A stretch of DNA of 62,930 nucleotides, counting the filler, from Octopus bimaculoides (taxonomy: Eukaryota): the NCBI RefSeq assembly GCF_001194135.2. It is 4 parts of 4 records of this genome, joined end to end, with 100 filler letters (N's around TTAATTAATTAA, not from the genome) between each part and the next. Parts side by side here need not be neighbours in the genome. Positions count along the whole stretch, not along the records: positions 31,860 to 45,089 come from NW_026331339.1; positions 45,190 to 58,364 come from NW_026383515.1; 2 more parts are not named here. One strand, 5' to 3'. Positions 37,860 to 51,339 of the stretch are shown one piece after another. Made by a program: the position numbers and the translations under genes. The notes under the pieces were generated by a model. The model was not told where the DNA came from. It saw nothing but the letters and a program-made list of their open reading frames with translations, and did not search any database. The stretch's first letter is position 1, and each line of letters begins with the position of its first letter.

Positions 37860-39405
37860 NNNNNNNNNNNNNNNNNNNNNNNNNNNNNNNNNNNNNNNNN
37901 NNNNNNNNNNNNNNNNNNNNNNNNNNNNNNNNNNNNNNNNNNNNNNNNNNNNNNNNNNNNNNNNNNNNNNNNNNNNNNNNNNNNNNNNNNNNNNNNNNNN
38001 NNNNNNNNNNNNNNNNNNNNNNNNNNNNNNNNNNNNNNNNNNNNNNNNNNNNNNNNNNNNNNNNNNNNNNNNNNNNNNNNNNNNNNNNNNNNNNNNNNNN
38101 NNNNNNNNNNNNNNNNNNNNNNNNNNNNNNNNNNNNNNNNNNNNNNNNNNNNNNNNNNNNNNNNNNNNNNNNNNNNNNNNNNNNNNNNNNNNNNNNNNNN
38201 NNNNNNNNNNNNNNNNNNNNNNNNNNNNNNNNNNNNNNNNNNNNNNNNNNNNNNNNNNNNNNNNNNNNNNNNNNNNNNNNNNNNNNNNNNNNNNNNNNNN
38301 NNNNNNNNNNNNNNNNNNNNNNNNNNNNNNNNNNNNNNNNNNNNNNNNNNNNNNNNNNNNNNNNNNNNNNNNNNNNNNNNNNNNNNNNNNNNNNNNNNNN
38401 NNNNNNNNNNNNNNNNNNNNNNNNNNNNNNNNNNNNNNNNNNNNNNNNNNNNNNNNNNNNNNNNNNNNNNNNNNNNNNNNNNNNNNNNNNNNNNNNNNNN
38501 NNNNNNNNNNNNNNNNNNNNNNNNNNNNNNNNNNNNNNNNNNNNNNNNNNNNNNNNNNNNNNNNNNNNNNNNNNNNNNNNNNNNNNNNNNNNNNNNNNNN
38601 NNNNNNNNNNNNNNNNNNNNNNNNNNNNNNNNNNNNNNNNNNNNNNNNNNNNNNNNNNNNNNNNNNNNNNNNNNNNNNNNNNNNNNNNNNNNNNNNNNNN
38701 NNNNNNNNNNNNNNNNNNNNNNNNNNNNNNNNNNNNNNNNNNNNNNNNNNNNNNNNNNNNNNNNNNNNNNNNNNNNNNNNNNNNNNNNNNNNNNNNNNNG
38801 AGAAGGGGGAGAGAGAGGGGAGAGAGGGGGGAGAGAAGGGGGAGAGAAGGAGGAATGAAAGAGGAACGCCTTTGCTGTCCTTTAACGAATTTCTGTTCTA
38901 CTGAGTCATGATATTTCCATCAGAAAGATACTTGTTCGGACGAAGGCTACAGGGGAGAAAGGAAGGGAGGAACGAACGAACCAACGAACGAAGGGAAGAA
39001 TGAAGGAAGGAAGGAACGAACCAACCAACCAACCAACGAAGGGAAGAATGAATGAAGGAAGGAACGAGGAAGAAGGAAGGAGGAAAGGAAGGAAAGAAGG
39101 AAGGAGAAGGTGAAAGAGAAAAAAGAAAGAAAAAGAAAGAAGGAAAGAAAAGGAAGAGAGAAAGGAAGAAGGGAAGAAAAAAAGGAACAGAAAGAAAGAA
39201 AGTAAGAAAGAAAAATGGCTGCCAAACATCTTCTGTTGAACTACGAGTTGTTTGGGATTATGCTTACTCTTAATATTGTCTGTGGCAATAATTAAATAAT
39301 TAGAGGTGTTGAAGTATACACGGCCATTTATGGACGTGTTTCAAATCATCTTTTCAGGTATCAGTTTTCTCTGAATGGGAAGAGAATCATGCAGGAGAAA
39401 TGCAC

Positions 39406-39439
<34 letters not shown>

Positions 39440-39630
39440 GTGTGTATATATGTATTTGTGTGTCTGTGTTCGTACCCCACCATCGCCTGACAACCGATGT
39501 CGGTGTGTTTACGTCCTCGTAAAACTGGGCATTTACTTGCCAGGTCCCGTTTTTAGTCACGGCCAGCTTTGTGTGGCCTTACGTCGTACAAGAAGGAAGA
39601 CAAACTTTAAAGTTCTTTTGAAGGAAACAA

Positions 39631-39702
<72 letters not shown>

Positions 39703-39885
39703 GCTTCTTTCAGTTTCCCTCTACCAAATCCACTCACAAGGCTTTAATTGACCCGAGGTTATAGTAGAAAACACTTGCCCAATGTGCTACGCAGTGGGAC
39801 TGAACCCGGAGCCATGGGGTTGGGAGGCAAGCCTCTTGCCGCACAGCCACTCCTTACACAAATGCATGTACTCACAAACGCATCG

Positions 39886-40264
39886 TTGGCACTCCGTCGG
39901 TTACGATGACGATGGTTCCAGTTGATCCGATCAACGGAACAGCCTGCTCGTGAAATTGACGTGCAAGTGGCTGAGCACTCCACAGACACGTGTACCCTTA
40001 ACGTATTTCTCGGAGATATTTAGCGTGACACAGTGTGACAAGGCTGACCCTTTGAATTACAGGCACAACAGAAACAGGAAGTAAGAGTGAGAGAAAATTG
40101 CGGTGAAAGAATACAGCAGAGTTCGCCACCTTCCCCTGCCGGAGCCTCGTGGAGCTTTAGGTGTTTTCGCTCAATAAACACTCACATCGCCCGGTCTGGG
40201 AATCGAAACCGCGATCCTATGACCGCGAGTCCGCTGCCCTAACCCTTGGACCATTGCGCCTCCA
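39886..40264 (-). mobile_element. SINE family B variant
   Basis: Closely similar to 12937-13313. A SINE C head lies just upstream (39697-39855). Confidence 0.88.
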
Positions 40265-40708
40265 CACTCACAAACACATACGTTACAGAAATAAACATAA
40301 ATATCGGCTAAAGAAATAACATACGCATCATATCAAACTCGCTAGAAAAAGATAAACCCTCAGCCACCCCCAGCACATGCAAGTTTCAACAGAAAAGGAA
40401 AGTTTAAACAAGAAAGCAAACAAATAAGGGAAAATAATAATAATAACAATAATAAAATGCAACAGTACTTAAGGGAAACACGACAAAATTTGGCAAACTT
40501 CCCCCGACATCACGGCAAGAGAAATGAAGACGAACCGAATCGAAATAGTTCTTGCAAGAAGTTGATTGTTGGGTGATGGCGGTTTTCGCCGGAGATGGGG
40601 GATCAGAAAAACAGAGTGAAGTTTGATGGTGGTGGATAAAAAATTTTTTAAATACCTGTACTCACATTCATACACACAGACGCACATACAAACACACACA
40701 CGCATATT

Positions 40709-40740
<32 letters not shown>

Positions 40741-40837
40741 TTCTAATTTGTATGATTTTTTTTATTCACGAATGGGATTCTTGTCGCCCGAACCCAGACT
40801 AAAAGACATAAAAAAGCTAGCATATAAGCAATCATGA

Positions 40838-40878
<41 letters not shown>

Positions 40879-41094
40879 CATACATACATACATATATATA
40901 CATAGAGAGAGAGAGAAAGAGAGAAAGAGAGAGAGAAAGAGAGGGGGAGAGAGAAGGACATACATATGTATACATTTATACGAATACATATATATTTACA
41001 TATGCATATGTATATATAAGAATATATCACACAAAGGGTTGTATATACGTATATGTATGTGTGCGCGTGTGTTTATGTATGTATGTATGCATAT

Positions 41095-41139
<45 letters not shown>

Positions 41140-41570
41140 CATGTGTTTGTATATATCAAATAAGGAATATGCAAAAAAAAAAATACGCAACATATACGAC
41201 ATAAAGAAGAAAAGGAACCCCAAATCACGAACGAACAAAAATGCTGTCAAATTTTGGCTGAAGGTGACTCCATCTTCGCCAGTGGATTCATCTTGATAAT
41301 GGTGGCTGGAGGGGAGGAGATGTCAGCCAAAATGTCATAAGTGATATGTGGAGTTTTGATGACCCTTCCCGCAAGCGGAGTATTTCGGTTGATCATGATA
41401 GCGGTTAAATTGTAATAGTGTGCATGCACACGCAAATGTACGCATACTCAGAGAGAGACATACACACACAAATTACGCATATGCATACACATATATCTAT
41501 GCACGTAGATATGTATATACACGTAAACATACAAATATGCATGCTTGTGAACAAACATATGCGCAATACA

Positions 41571-41619
<49 letters not shown>

Positions 41620-41986
41620 NNNNNNNNNNNNNNNNNNNNNNNNNNNNNNNNNNNNNNNNNNNNNNNNNNNNNNNNNNNNNNNNNNNNNNNNNNNNNNNNN
41701 NNNNNNNNNNNNNNNNNNNNNNNNNNNNNNNNNNNNNNNNNNNNNNNNNNNNNNNNNNNNNNNNNNNNNNNNNNNNNNNNNNNNNNNNNNNNNNNNNNNN
41801 NNNNNNNNNNNNNNNNNNNNNNNNNNNNNNNNNNNNNNNNNNNNNNNNNNNNNNNNNNNNNNNNNNNNNNNNNNNNNNNNNNNNNNNNNNNNNNNNNNNN
41901 NNNNNNNNNNNNNNNNNNNNNNNNNNNNNNNNNNNNNNNNNNNNNNNNNNNNNNNNNNNNNNNNNNNNNNNNNNNNNNNNNNNNNN

Positions 41987-42029
<43 letters not shown>

Positions 42030-42359
42030 AAGAGAGATAGAGAAAGAAAGAGAGAGAGAGAGGGAGAGAGGGAGGTAGATAGATAGATAGATAGATAGAT
42101 GTATATATATATAGAGGGAGGTAGTGTGAGAGAGATACATACATATATATATATATATATATACACATACGTATATATATACATATGTGTGTGTGTGTGT
42201 GTGTGTGTCTATGCGTAAATATGTTTATGTGTTTGTGTACACAAACACACATATGTTATAGATATTTATTGATATCTTTGCCAGTATTTTTCACGGTACA
42301 TATTATATTATCTACGGTACATATACGTATTAGATAGAGACAGAGGTGGAGGGAGGGAG

Positions 42360-42410
<51 letters not shown>

Positions 42411-42421
42411 AAGAAAGAGAG

Positions 42422-42452
<31 letters not shown>

Positions 42453-42598
42453 GAGAGAGAAAGAGAGACGAGGTATTGCTTAATTGTAGCCAAGCATTTA
42501 TAGAAACAGTCATAAAAGAGCAATGATAATAGATGCATTTTCAAAATTATGATTTAGTCGGGAGTAAATTAATTTGAATATATGCAAGCATATACACA

Positions 42599-42634
<36 letters not shown>

Positions 42635-43039
42635 GGTTAGTTGAGTTAGAGGTGAAAATAACCTTTGAAGGGATAGAAGTATTCATTACATTACGGGTTT
42701 ATTGCATATATTTAACCATGGGTATACATATGCAAGCATATTATGCTCATAAATTATAGGTAAAGACAAGGGTAAACATGGGTTTATCAAGAATCAAAAT
42801 TTAAAGAAAACGGAAAATGGAGAAGTACTGATGAACAACAATTGACTTACATCAATTATTAGTTATTAATTCAATGCAAATAGACTGTATCTCATCTAAC
42901 AGCCGTTTCTGCTTCCAATGTTGTATGGTTTTGCCATTGATATGTAAAAATATTAATCATATGGCGATGTAGCTGTTTCTGCTGTTCCTGTGGTCTTTGT
43001 ATCGCGTCCCTTCTGGTTCGTGTGAACCAATTGGCTAAC

Positions 43040-43990
43040 TTCTTAACCGTGTTTACTTTTTATTATTCGCTAGTGTAGTCTCTGCCAATCCATTGGACTT
43101 TTCGAGCCAGACAACTGCTTTCATTTCTCCATCTTTTCGTTTGTCCTACTTGTCGACCTTCCTACTTTCTATCACTTCCAGAATCCGCGCAGTCTCTTCG
43201 ATATTTGTTCCACCTCTCCTTGTGGAATGGGCTGGTTCAGGTCAAAAGATCCACCTGTTGCCAACATTCTCTCCACATGGGTTTAGGGATGCCGTCCCTG
43301 GTGGTGTGCAGTCAGATCGTCCCACTTGATGTGAACTTTTCTAACGACATGCTACTCTCCCATTATAGCATCGGATAGTTAAATTTCTTAAATATTTAAC
43401 ACCTAGGAATAGTGTGGTCCCCACATGCAGATATAGTTCACTAGTGTAAGAGTTTTCATTCTCTGCAACAATGGCTCTAACGCCAACATACGACAGAGGG
43501 GAGAAGGAAGGAGTCTTTGACGAACCGATTATGTGATACCGAAATGTTCCGGAGTATAGCTATTAAGTATGACCCCTAAACGCTACTCTACGTTGCAGCA
43601 ACCAAGCATTTGAAAATGTAACCACTGCTCTTAAAGTATTCCTTAAGATGGCATGATCGGCGCCGCTAAAAGCTTGGTCCTAATTAAAGTTGATCAGTAT
43701 TACGCCAACGCAAGATTTCGTCTCGGCCTGTTCAATAATTCATCGCTTGTGATGATGCTGGGAATTAAACAGTTTTGCTTATATTCCACTACATTACTGA
43801 CGACGAGAGCCAAATCTGAGGCTTCTACAATATTCCATGCAGTGTTTAGCTCATTTATAGGACTTAAGATAATTGCAATGGCCTATGTGTCTAATCCCAC
43901 CACACCAGCGTTACCCCTTCCCGACCCACATGACTTAGAATGCTTCCGCTTTTCACCCACTAAACTTGATAGTAGCGAATGAACCTGACG
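43040..43990 (-). mobile_element. Old, deleted RTE-like LINE remnant
   Basis: Frameshifted APE-end motif GADHAILRNTLR and C-terminal HVERM..NRW...GRQ...KRWRNE. Confidence 0.5.
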
Positions 43991-44494
43991 TAAATTAATT
44001 AACCTCTTAAGGCAAACGATTCCCGGTGATTAGCTTCCAAGATATTTGAGGACAGTTCTGCAAATTACTACTAAAATAGTGCAAATATTAGCTTGGAGTC
44101 GGATTGCACGAACCTACTGCGGTTCATGAAAATGTGCTTTTTATCCACGTTCCTCTTCGGTTCCCTGATTCTCGGTTGAGATGAACAATGCATCTTATGT
44201 ATATCGCAAAAGTCCATCTGGACCATAGCATGTTGTTTGTGCTGGTTCTTCTGTGCGTCTCTAATAAATGCCTGGCTAACTTCTACGCATTCTGTTGTCT
44301 TATGTCATTGATTCTTTGCTACGACGGACAGCAACAACAATTCTAAAGATGGTTGGGAAGTATACCTATGATGAGATAAATTATATCTATACATTGCTAT
44401 AAATATATATATATAAAAATACAACTTTAAAGCAAATTCTAACAATATAATTAATGAATACACTGCTGAAAGTTGATGTTAAGGTTTAACTTAC

Positions 44495-44599
44495 CGTTTC
44501 TCGCATTGAAACTTCCACTAATGTAAAATCAATTATTTAAAGCGAAAGGAAGCAGCCATCACTTGAACGTGACGTTTCACGACTTCACACAAAAGAGTT
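44495..44599 (-). other. Candidate spliced exon (105 nt, non-coding or 5' UTR with terminal ATG)
   Basis: Minus strand: long pyrimidine tract ttttctttctttccttttttttctgcag| and donor CG|GTAAGTT. Stops in all three frames; ends ATG CGA GAA ACG. Confidence 0.5.
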
Positions 44600-45683
44600 C
44601 TGCAGAAAAAAAAGGAAAGAAAGAAAATGTAATAAGAATATTAATAGTGATGGTGTGGTGGCGGCTCTCTTTAGTCACGCATCATCATCACACGTTAGTG
44701 TCGTATATTGTAACCGGTAAAACGGGGGAACGTTTACGTTGATCTGCTTCGAATCAGCTAAGCCTCTAGTATTACTATAACTACTAATGCTAACCAACAG
44801 AGATTCTTTCATGATCACACAACTTCCTAGAAATAGCAGTCAAATCTTCTTGATACCTACACTATTCCCTGAAAACAACGGTAACTCACACAGGATAATG
44901 AAGTCTTAGAATTAAAACGATGCGTCAAACAACAAGAAGGTAAACAAATGATGGCTGGAATACATTTGGTCATACTTCGGAATCGCTTAGCGATGACCTA
45001 TGTTGTAGAAACATTGCCCTTTGCATGATATTCTGCTATGCATTTCTCTATAAACGCATAAATATATGCTAATGTATGCAGGCACTATANNNNNNNNNNN
45101 NNNNNNNNNNNNNNNNNNNNNNNNNNNNNNNNNTTAATTAATTAANNNNNNNNNNNNNNNNNNNNNNNNNNNNNNNNNNNNNNNNNNNNAATCAAAGCTA
45201 ATGAGTAATTTTATAACTTCTTGCGACCCACGAGGATTCCGTTCGCGACCCATCAGTGGGTCGCGACTCGTTGTTACTGAACCACTGCACTATGCTTGCT
45301 CACAACGACCAGAAGTTATGGGATCTAGTAGTACCAAACGATCGCCAACTTTTTCTTACACTCATCTTGTTTTGGGATGGAAATGACCAGAAAAATGATT
45401 TCCTATCCAATGTGGCAAAGTTAAACTTTTTAGATACCAATCGGGCAATCACGTAATTGTTGAACGAGTTAGCGAGCTCTCCTCTTGACCATTGGAAAGT
45501 TCCATGTGACTCGTTTTGCGTACGCACATCAATAATGGACCTCGTTTATTTCTAGCAGGAAAACTGTGGTTTGATATCTGAATGTGCGAGCTTAGCTACG
45601 ATGTGCTACGTCTTCATCTTGATCCTTGACGAAGACGAGTGTTTGTGTCACATGATGTGATTGGCTGAGATTAGGGAAGTTTT

Positions 45684-46199
45684 GTCCTTTCGGGAGTCGA
45701 TAAATTAAGTACCAGTTACGTACTGGGATCGATGTAATCGACTTAATCCTTTTGTCTGTCCTTCTTTGTCCCCTCTATGTTTAGCCCCTTGTGGGCAATA
45801 AAAAAGAAATAAGAAACGTTAGCATGCCGGGCGAAATGCTTCGCGGTATTTCGTCTGCTGTTACGTTCTGAGTTCAAATTCCGCCGAGGTCGACTTTGCC
45901 TTTCATCCTTTCGGGGTCGATAAATTAAGTACCAGTTCTGTACCGGGGGTCAATGTAATCGACTTAATCGCTTTGTCTGTCCTTGTTTGTCCCCTCTATG
46001 TTTAGCCCCTTGTGGGCAATAAAGAAATAGGTATTTCGTCTGCTGTTACGTTCTGAGTTCAAATTCCGCCGAGGTCGACTTTGCCTTTCATCCTTTCGGG
46101 GTCGATAAATTAAGTACCAGATGAGTACTGGGGTCGATCTAATCGATTGGAACCCTCCCCCAAAAATGTTGGGCCTTGTGCCTGGAGTAGAAAAGAATA
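45684..46199 (+). repeat. Second head-to-tail SINE family A array (partial + full + truncated unit)
   Basis: Same variant tail and gaaacgttagc junction (45813) as 34864-35532; the last unit carries the monomer-type tail. Confidence 0.85.
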
Positions 46200-46989
46200 G
46201 TAGCACAGTCAATCGCACCTGCAAGAATCAACATNNNNNNNNNNNNNNNNNNNNNNNNNNNNNNNNNNNNNNNNNNNNNNNNNNNNNNNNNNNNNNNNNN
46301 NNNNNNNNNNNNNNNNNNNNNNNNNNNNNNNNNNNNNNNNNNNNNNNNNNNNNNNNNNNNNNNNNNNNNNNNNNNNNNNNNNNNNNNNNNNNNNNNNNNN
46401 NNNNNNNNNNNNNNNNNNNNNNNNNNNNNNNNNNNNNNNNNNNNNNNNNNNNNNNNNNNNNNNNNNNNNNNNNNNNNNNNNNNNNNNNNNNNNNNNNNNN
46501 NNNNNNNNNNNNNNNNNNNNNNNNNNNNNNNNNNNNNNNNNNNNNNNNNNNNNNNNNNNNNNNNNNNNNNNNNNNNNNNNNNNNNNNNNNNNNNNNNNNN
46601 NNNNNNNNNNNNNNNNNNNNNNNNNNNNNNNNNNNNNNNNNNNNNNNNNNNNNNNNNNNNNNNNNNNNNNNNNNNNNNNNNNNNNNNNNNNNNNNNNNNN
46701 NNNNNNNNNNNNNNNNNNNNNNNNNNNNNNNNNNNNNNNNNNNNNNNNNNNNNNNNNNNNNNNNNNNNNNNNNNNNNNNNNNNNNNNNNNNNNNNNNNNN
46801 NNNNNNNNNNNNNNNNNNNNNNNNNNNNNNNNNNNNNNNNNNNNNNNNNNNNNATCGTTTGACAACCGATGCTGGTGTGTTTGCGTGCCCTTAACTTAGC
46901 GGTCCAGCAAAAGAGAGACCGATAGAATAAGTACTAGGCTTACAAAGAATAAGCTCTGGGGGTCGATTTGGTCGACTATAAGGCTTTCG

Positions 46990-48640
46990 ATTGTATTTAA
47001 ATGTAGAGAACTGGTTAGTCAGTCTGCATTTCAAAAACCTAGAGGATAATCCAAAATATAAAAGAATTCTTTGTTATCAGAGATAACTTGCATTCTTAAT
47101 TCGGCAATTTCTATTTCGGACACAGGTTTTATTAGGGGCCACAATTGCTAATGCTGGTTACATTGGTGTTATTATTTAAGGAGACATTATCATTAATATT
47201 ATTGTTAGGGCTTAATAAGGTTACTAGAATTATTGGGAGAGAAATCGTAACCTCTTAGAATGCGGCTATAATCTGTGAGACGTTGTTGGTGTTAGAGAAA
47301 CCTACTTTGATAGGGTCTGTGTTGAAAAATCGAGTGATATCTAGAATTAATAGGGAAGTTTCTTTGGTCAATTTTCAGATTAATACCCGTACGATTTTCA
47401 CTAGGGTGTTGGGGTTTTAGGGTTTTGGGGTTAGGGTTGGGGTTTTAGGGTTAGAGTTAGTGTTTTAGGGTTAAGGTTAGCGTTAAGGTTAGGGTTAGGG
47501 TTAAGGACAGAATTCCCATCCTAACACCCTAGTGAAAATCGTGTGGGTGTTAACCTGAAAATTTACCGTTTCTTTCTATTACTTGACGAAATAATAGGGA
47601 ACAATTACGGATCTGTCAATTCAGAAGGATCCACGGTTACTTTTTACTTGTTTGCTGTATGGAATAATTAACTAAATGTTTTTATTAGGGGTGTGTGACA
47701 CATGGCGAGAATTATTATTTAAAAAAAAAACTGTAAAAATGACGAAGAAGTTGGGTTACTTCCCTTTGGCCGTTAAATTTTAGGAATTCGCGGATAAGGA
47801 AAATGGTTATTGTTCAGATTATTAACAAAGATGGGAGTAATATAAGAACTACGGTTGCTATTACGTCTATTACTGTTATTATTGTTGTTACTACTGTTGT
47901 TGTTATTAGTATAGTTGGGGCCAATTAGGTTTTAGCATTTAATCTGGTCCTTATATCCTACTTTATGTAAAGCTGAACTATAAAAGTCGGCGGTTTTGTT
48001 GGTGGATAATTTAGAAATTCTAAGAGATATGTTCTTAACTAAGTTGCTTGTAACATTGCGATGGTGATTACTAAAGGAACTAATATATTTCAAGTTAGTT
48101 GAAGGTTTTATAGTATGGGAAATACAATTAAGTTTAGCGTAAGGTCAAGGAAGTTGACCTTAGATCTATCATCACCACAGGAAATATCTAAGCCCATATT
48201 ACTGAAGAATTTGACTAAATCACATTTAACTTTTTGTAGTTTTTGATTACGGGTATTTTGTAGGTAAAATAGACAGTCATTACGATACAAACCACTGAGT
48301 TTGTAACGGAATTGGTCTTCAAATTCGGATAGACTATAAATTCCAACCAAATCCAAAGCTCGAGTGGAATCACTACTTCCCATTGGAATATCGAAGCAAC
48401 CAGGCCGATCCTTAGGATTCCATAGCTTGTTATCAAATTCGACGATGGATTTTCTTGCCACAAGTTCAGCATTAATTTCGCCACGGGTTAGGCCGGCCTT
48501 ATTGTGTGCGAACCATAGAGCTTTATTAAGGATGTTAGGATTGAGTGAGGAATAATAGCTACAGATGTCGAACTGGATGTATTTAGTGTTTAGTCTATTA
48601 TCAATAGAGTTGAACCAGTCCACAACTTGGAAAGAGTTAG
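46990..48640 (-). mobile_element. Penelope-like element (RT plus GIY-YIG remnant), decayed
   Basis: ORF 48108..48623 QFDICSYYSSL...FDIPMGS...LVGIY...GLYRNDCL...VNFLDLTL; then YKPSTNLKYISSFSNH, NFPINSRYHSIF, IKVGFS and a YI.GLS...K.RL.N motif near 47010-47090. Confidence 0.85.
47366..47567. mobile_element. 202-bp MITE with Merlin-like signature and telomere-like core
   Basis: 45-bp TIRs (40/45) beginning GG; perfect 8-bp TSD GTTTCTTT at 47358-47365 and 47568-47575; interior of TTAGGG variants. Confidence 0.9.
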
Positions 48641-48727
48641 ACCAAAGGTGAATTTTTAATTATTTTCGTTAATGAGGGATTGTACTTCTCTAGAATATTT
48701 TGGCTAAGTATGCCAATATCCGATCTA

Positions 48728-49025
48728 TAAGGTCATCCCATAAGTTCTGTCCGAATTTTGAATAAAGAAAATAAGTGATCAAATGTTATATTTAATTGAA
48801 ATTCAATCATCAATGTACTTTCCCTGATTATCTATGACTTCCTTCCATCTATTTACAAGCTTTTTAATCCCATCAATGTAAAACTCTTTTGGTTTCAAAG
48901 CGAAGAACTCTGAAATGACAGTTTCAACCTCCTCCTGGATTGCGAAAGTTATGTCTCCCAAATGATTCTGTAAACTACGAAACAAATGGAAGTCTGAAGG
49001 AGCAAGGTCGGGAGAATAAGGTGCT
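48728..49025 (-). mobile_element. Mariner (DD34D) transposase 3' end and TIR
   Basis: PYSPDLAPSDFHLFRSLQNHL...GIKKLVNRWKEVIDNQGKYIDD*; TIR taaggtcatcccataag. Truncated by a SINE C tail at 49025-49205. Confidence 0.88.
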
Positions 49026-49742
49026 TGTCAACTGGTGCGGGTGTGTTTATATCCCTGTAACTTAGCAGTTCAGAAAAAAGGAACCGATACAATAAGAACT
49101 CAGCTCCAAAAACAAAATCCAGGAATTGATTTGTTCGACTAAACCTCTCCAAGGTGGTGCTCCAGAATGGCCACAGTCAAATGACCGAATCAAGTAAAAG
49201 AATAGCAAATGAATTCTAGAACACATTTTCTTTTCATCCTTTCCTCACATCTTTTGTCCCTTAATCCAATGTGTCCCCTATAATCCTCTTTTTCCCCTTC
49301 AGATATTTCTTGCTCCTCATTCTTTCTTCCTCCTAACATCATCAATTCCTACAACCACGTAAATATTTTATTTTTCTTCTCCCACAATTGTTAATGCATA
49401 CAGCGCCTTCTAGGTATTTTCCCTGGAATGATTCACAGAAAATTTTGGTTTATCATCGTAGCATTTTTAGATTCTATTAATGTGACAGGTGACAGTAGAA
49501 ATATATATATGTATGTGTGTGTGTGAGGGTGTGTGTGTGTGTGTATGTATATATACATACACATATATATATACATACATACACATATATATACACGTAC
49601 ATACATGTATATATATACATATATATATATAGATAGATAGATACTTATACATATATATTTATACATAAATGTATACATATATATATGTATATATACATAT
49701 ATACATACATGCATATATATACATGTACATGCATACATATAT

Positions 49743-49781
<39 letters not shown>

Positions 49782-49791
49782 NNNNNNNNNN

Positions 49792-49834
<43 letters not shown>

Positions 49835-50031
49835 TTTTCTTCACATTTGTTTGACACCCCTGTGCCCATATATGCATGTATATATACGTATATATGTAGG
49901 CATATACATATATGTATGTATATATGCATATATTTATGTTATTTATCTTATTATATGATCGAATACCAAGCATCCATTTCCAAGTAGGTTTTATCTATCT
50001 GTATATATATATCCATATCTATATCTATATC

Positions 50032-50066
<35 letters not shown>

Positions 50067-50069
<3 letters not shown>

Positions 50070-50391
50070 CTGGCGACAAAGGGACTCTCACTCAGAGTAA
50101 AAGGCAGACTGTATGACGCATGCGTACGAACAACCATGCTACATGGCAGTGAAACATGGGCTGTAACTGCTGAGGACATACGTAAGCTCGCAAGGAATGA
50201 AGCCAGTATGCTCCGTTGGATGTGTAATGTCAATGTAAATACCCGTCAGAGTGTAAGTATCTTGAGAGAAAAGCTGAACATTAGAAGCATCAGTTGTGGC
50301 GTGCAAGAGAGACGATTGCGCTGGTATGGACATGTGGTGAGAATGGAGGAGGATAGCTGCGTGAAAAAGTGCCACACCCTAACAGTTGAGG
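50067..50391 (+). mobile_element. RTE-clade LINE C-terminal fragment (well preserved), running into a gap
   Basis: KGRLYDACVRTTMLHGSETW...RNEASMLRWMC...RRLRWYGHVVRM with no stops. Confidence 0.88.
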
Positions 50392-51185
50392 NNNNNNNNN
50401 NNNNNNNNNNNNNNNNNNNNNNNNNNNNNNNNNNNNNNNNNNNNNNNNNNNNNNNNNNNNNNNNNNNNNNNNNNNNNNNNNNNNNNNNNNNNNNNNNNNN
50501 NNNNNNNNNNNNNNNNNNNNNNNNNNNNNNNNNNNNNNNNNNNNNNNNNNNNNNNNNNNNNNNNNNNNNNNNNNNNNNNNNNNNNNNNNNNNNNNNNNNN
50601 NNNNNNNNNNNNNNNNNNNNNNNNNNNNNNNNNNNNNNNNNNNNNNNNNNNNNNNNNNNNNNNNNNNNNNNNNNNNNNNNNNNNNNNNNNNNNNNNNNNN
50701 NNNNNNNNNNNNNNNNNNNNNNNNNNNNNNNNNNNNNNNNNNNNNNNNNNNNNNNNNNNNNNNNNNNNNNNNNNNNNNNNNNNNNNNNNNNNNNNNNNNN
50801 NNNNNNNNNNNNNNNNNNNNNNNNNNNNNNNNNNNNNNNNNNNNNNNNNNNNNNNNNNNNNNNNNNNNNNNNNNNNNNNNNNNNNNNNNNNNNNNNNNNN
50901 NNNNNNNNNNNNNNNNNNNNNNNNNNNNNNNNNNNNNNNNNNNNNNNNNNNNNNNNNNNNNNNNNNNNNNNNNNNNNNNNNNNNNNNNNNNNNNNNNNNN
51001 NNNNNNNNNNNNNNNNNNNNNNNNNNNNNNNNNNNNNNNNNNNNNNNNNNNNNNNNNNNNNNNNNNNNNNNNNNNNNNNNNNNNNNNNNNNNNNNNNNNN
51101 NNNNNNNNNNNNNNNNNNNNNNNNNNNNNNNNNNNNNNNNNNNNNNNNNNNNNNNNNNNNNNNNNNNNNNNNNNNNNNNNNNNNN

Positions 51186-51226
<41 letters not shown>

Positions 51227-51308
51227 CATATGCATGCATATTATATATATATACATATACATATATACACATACATACTTATAAGTACATATATAATATA
51301 CACACACA

Positions 51309-51339
<31 letters not shown>

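Noticed and set aside
41240-41420. Non-repetitive, GC-richer stretch with short ORFs on both strands
   Set aside because: No recognisable domain and no convincing splice sites.
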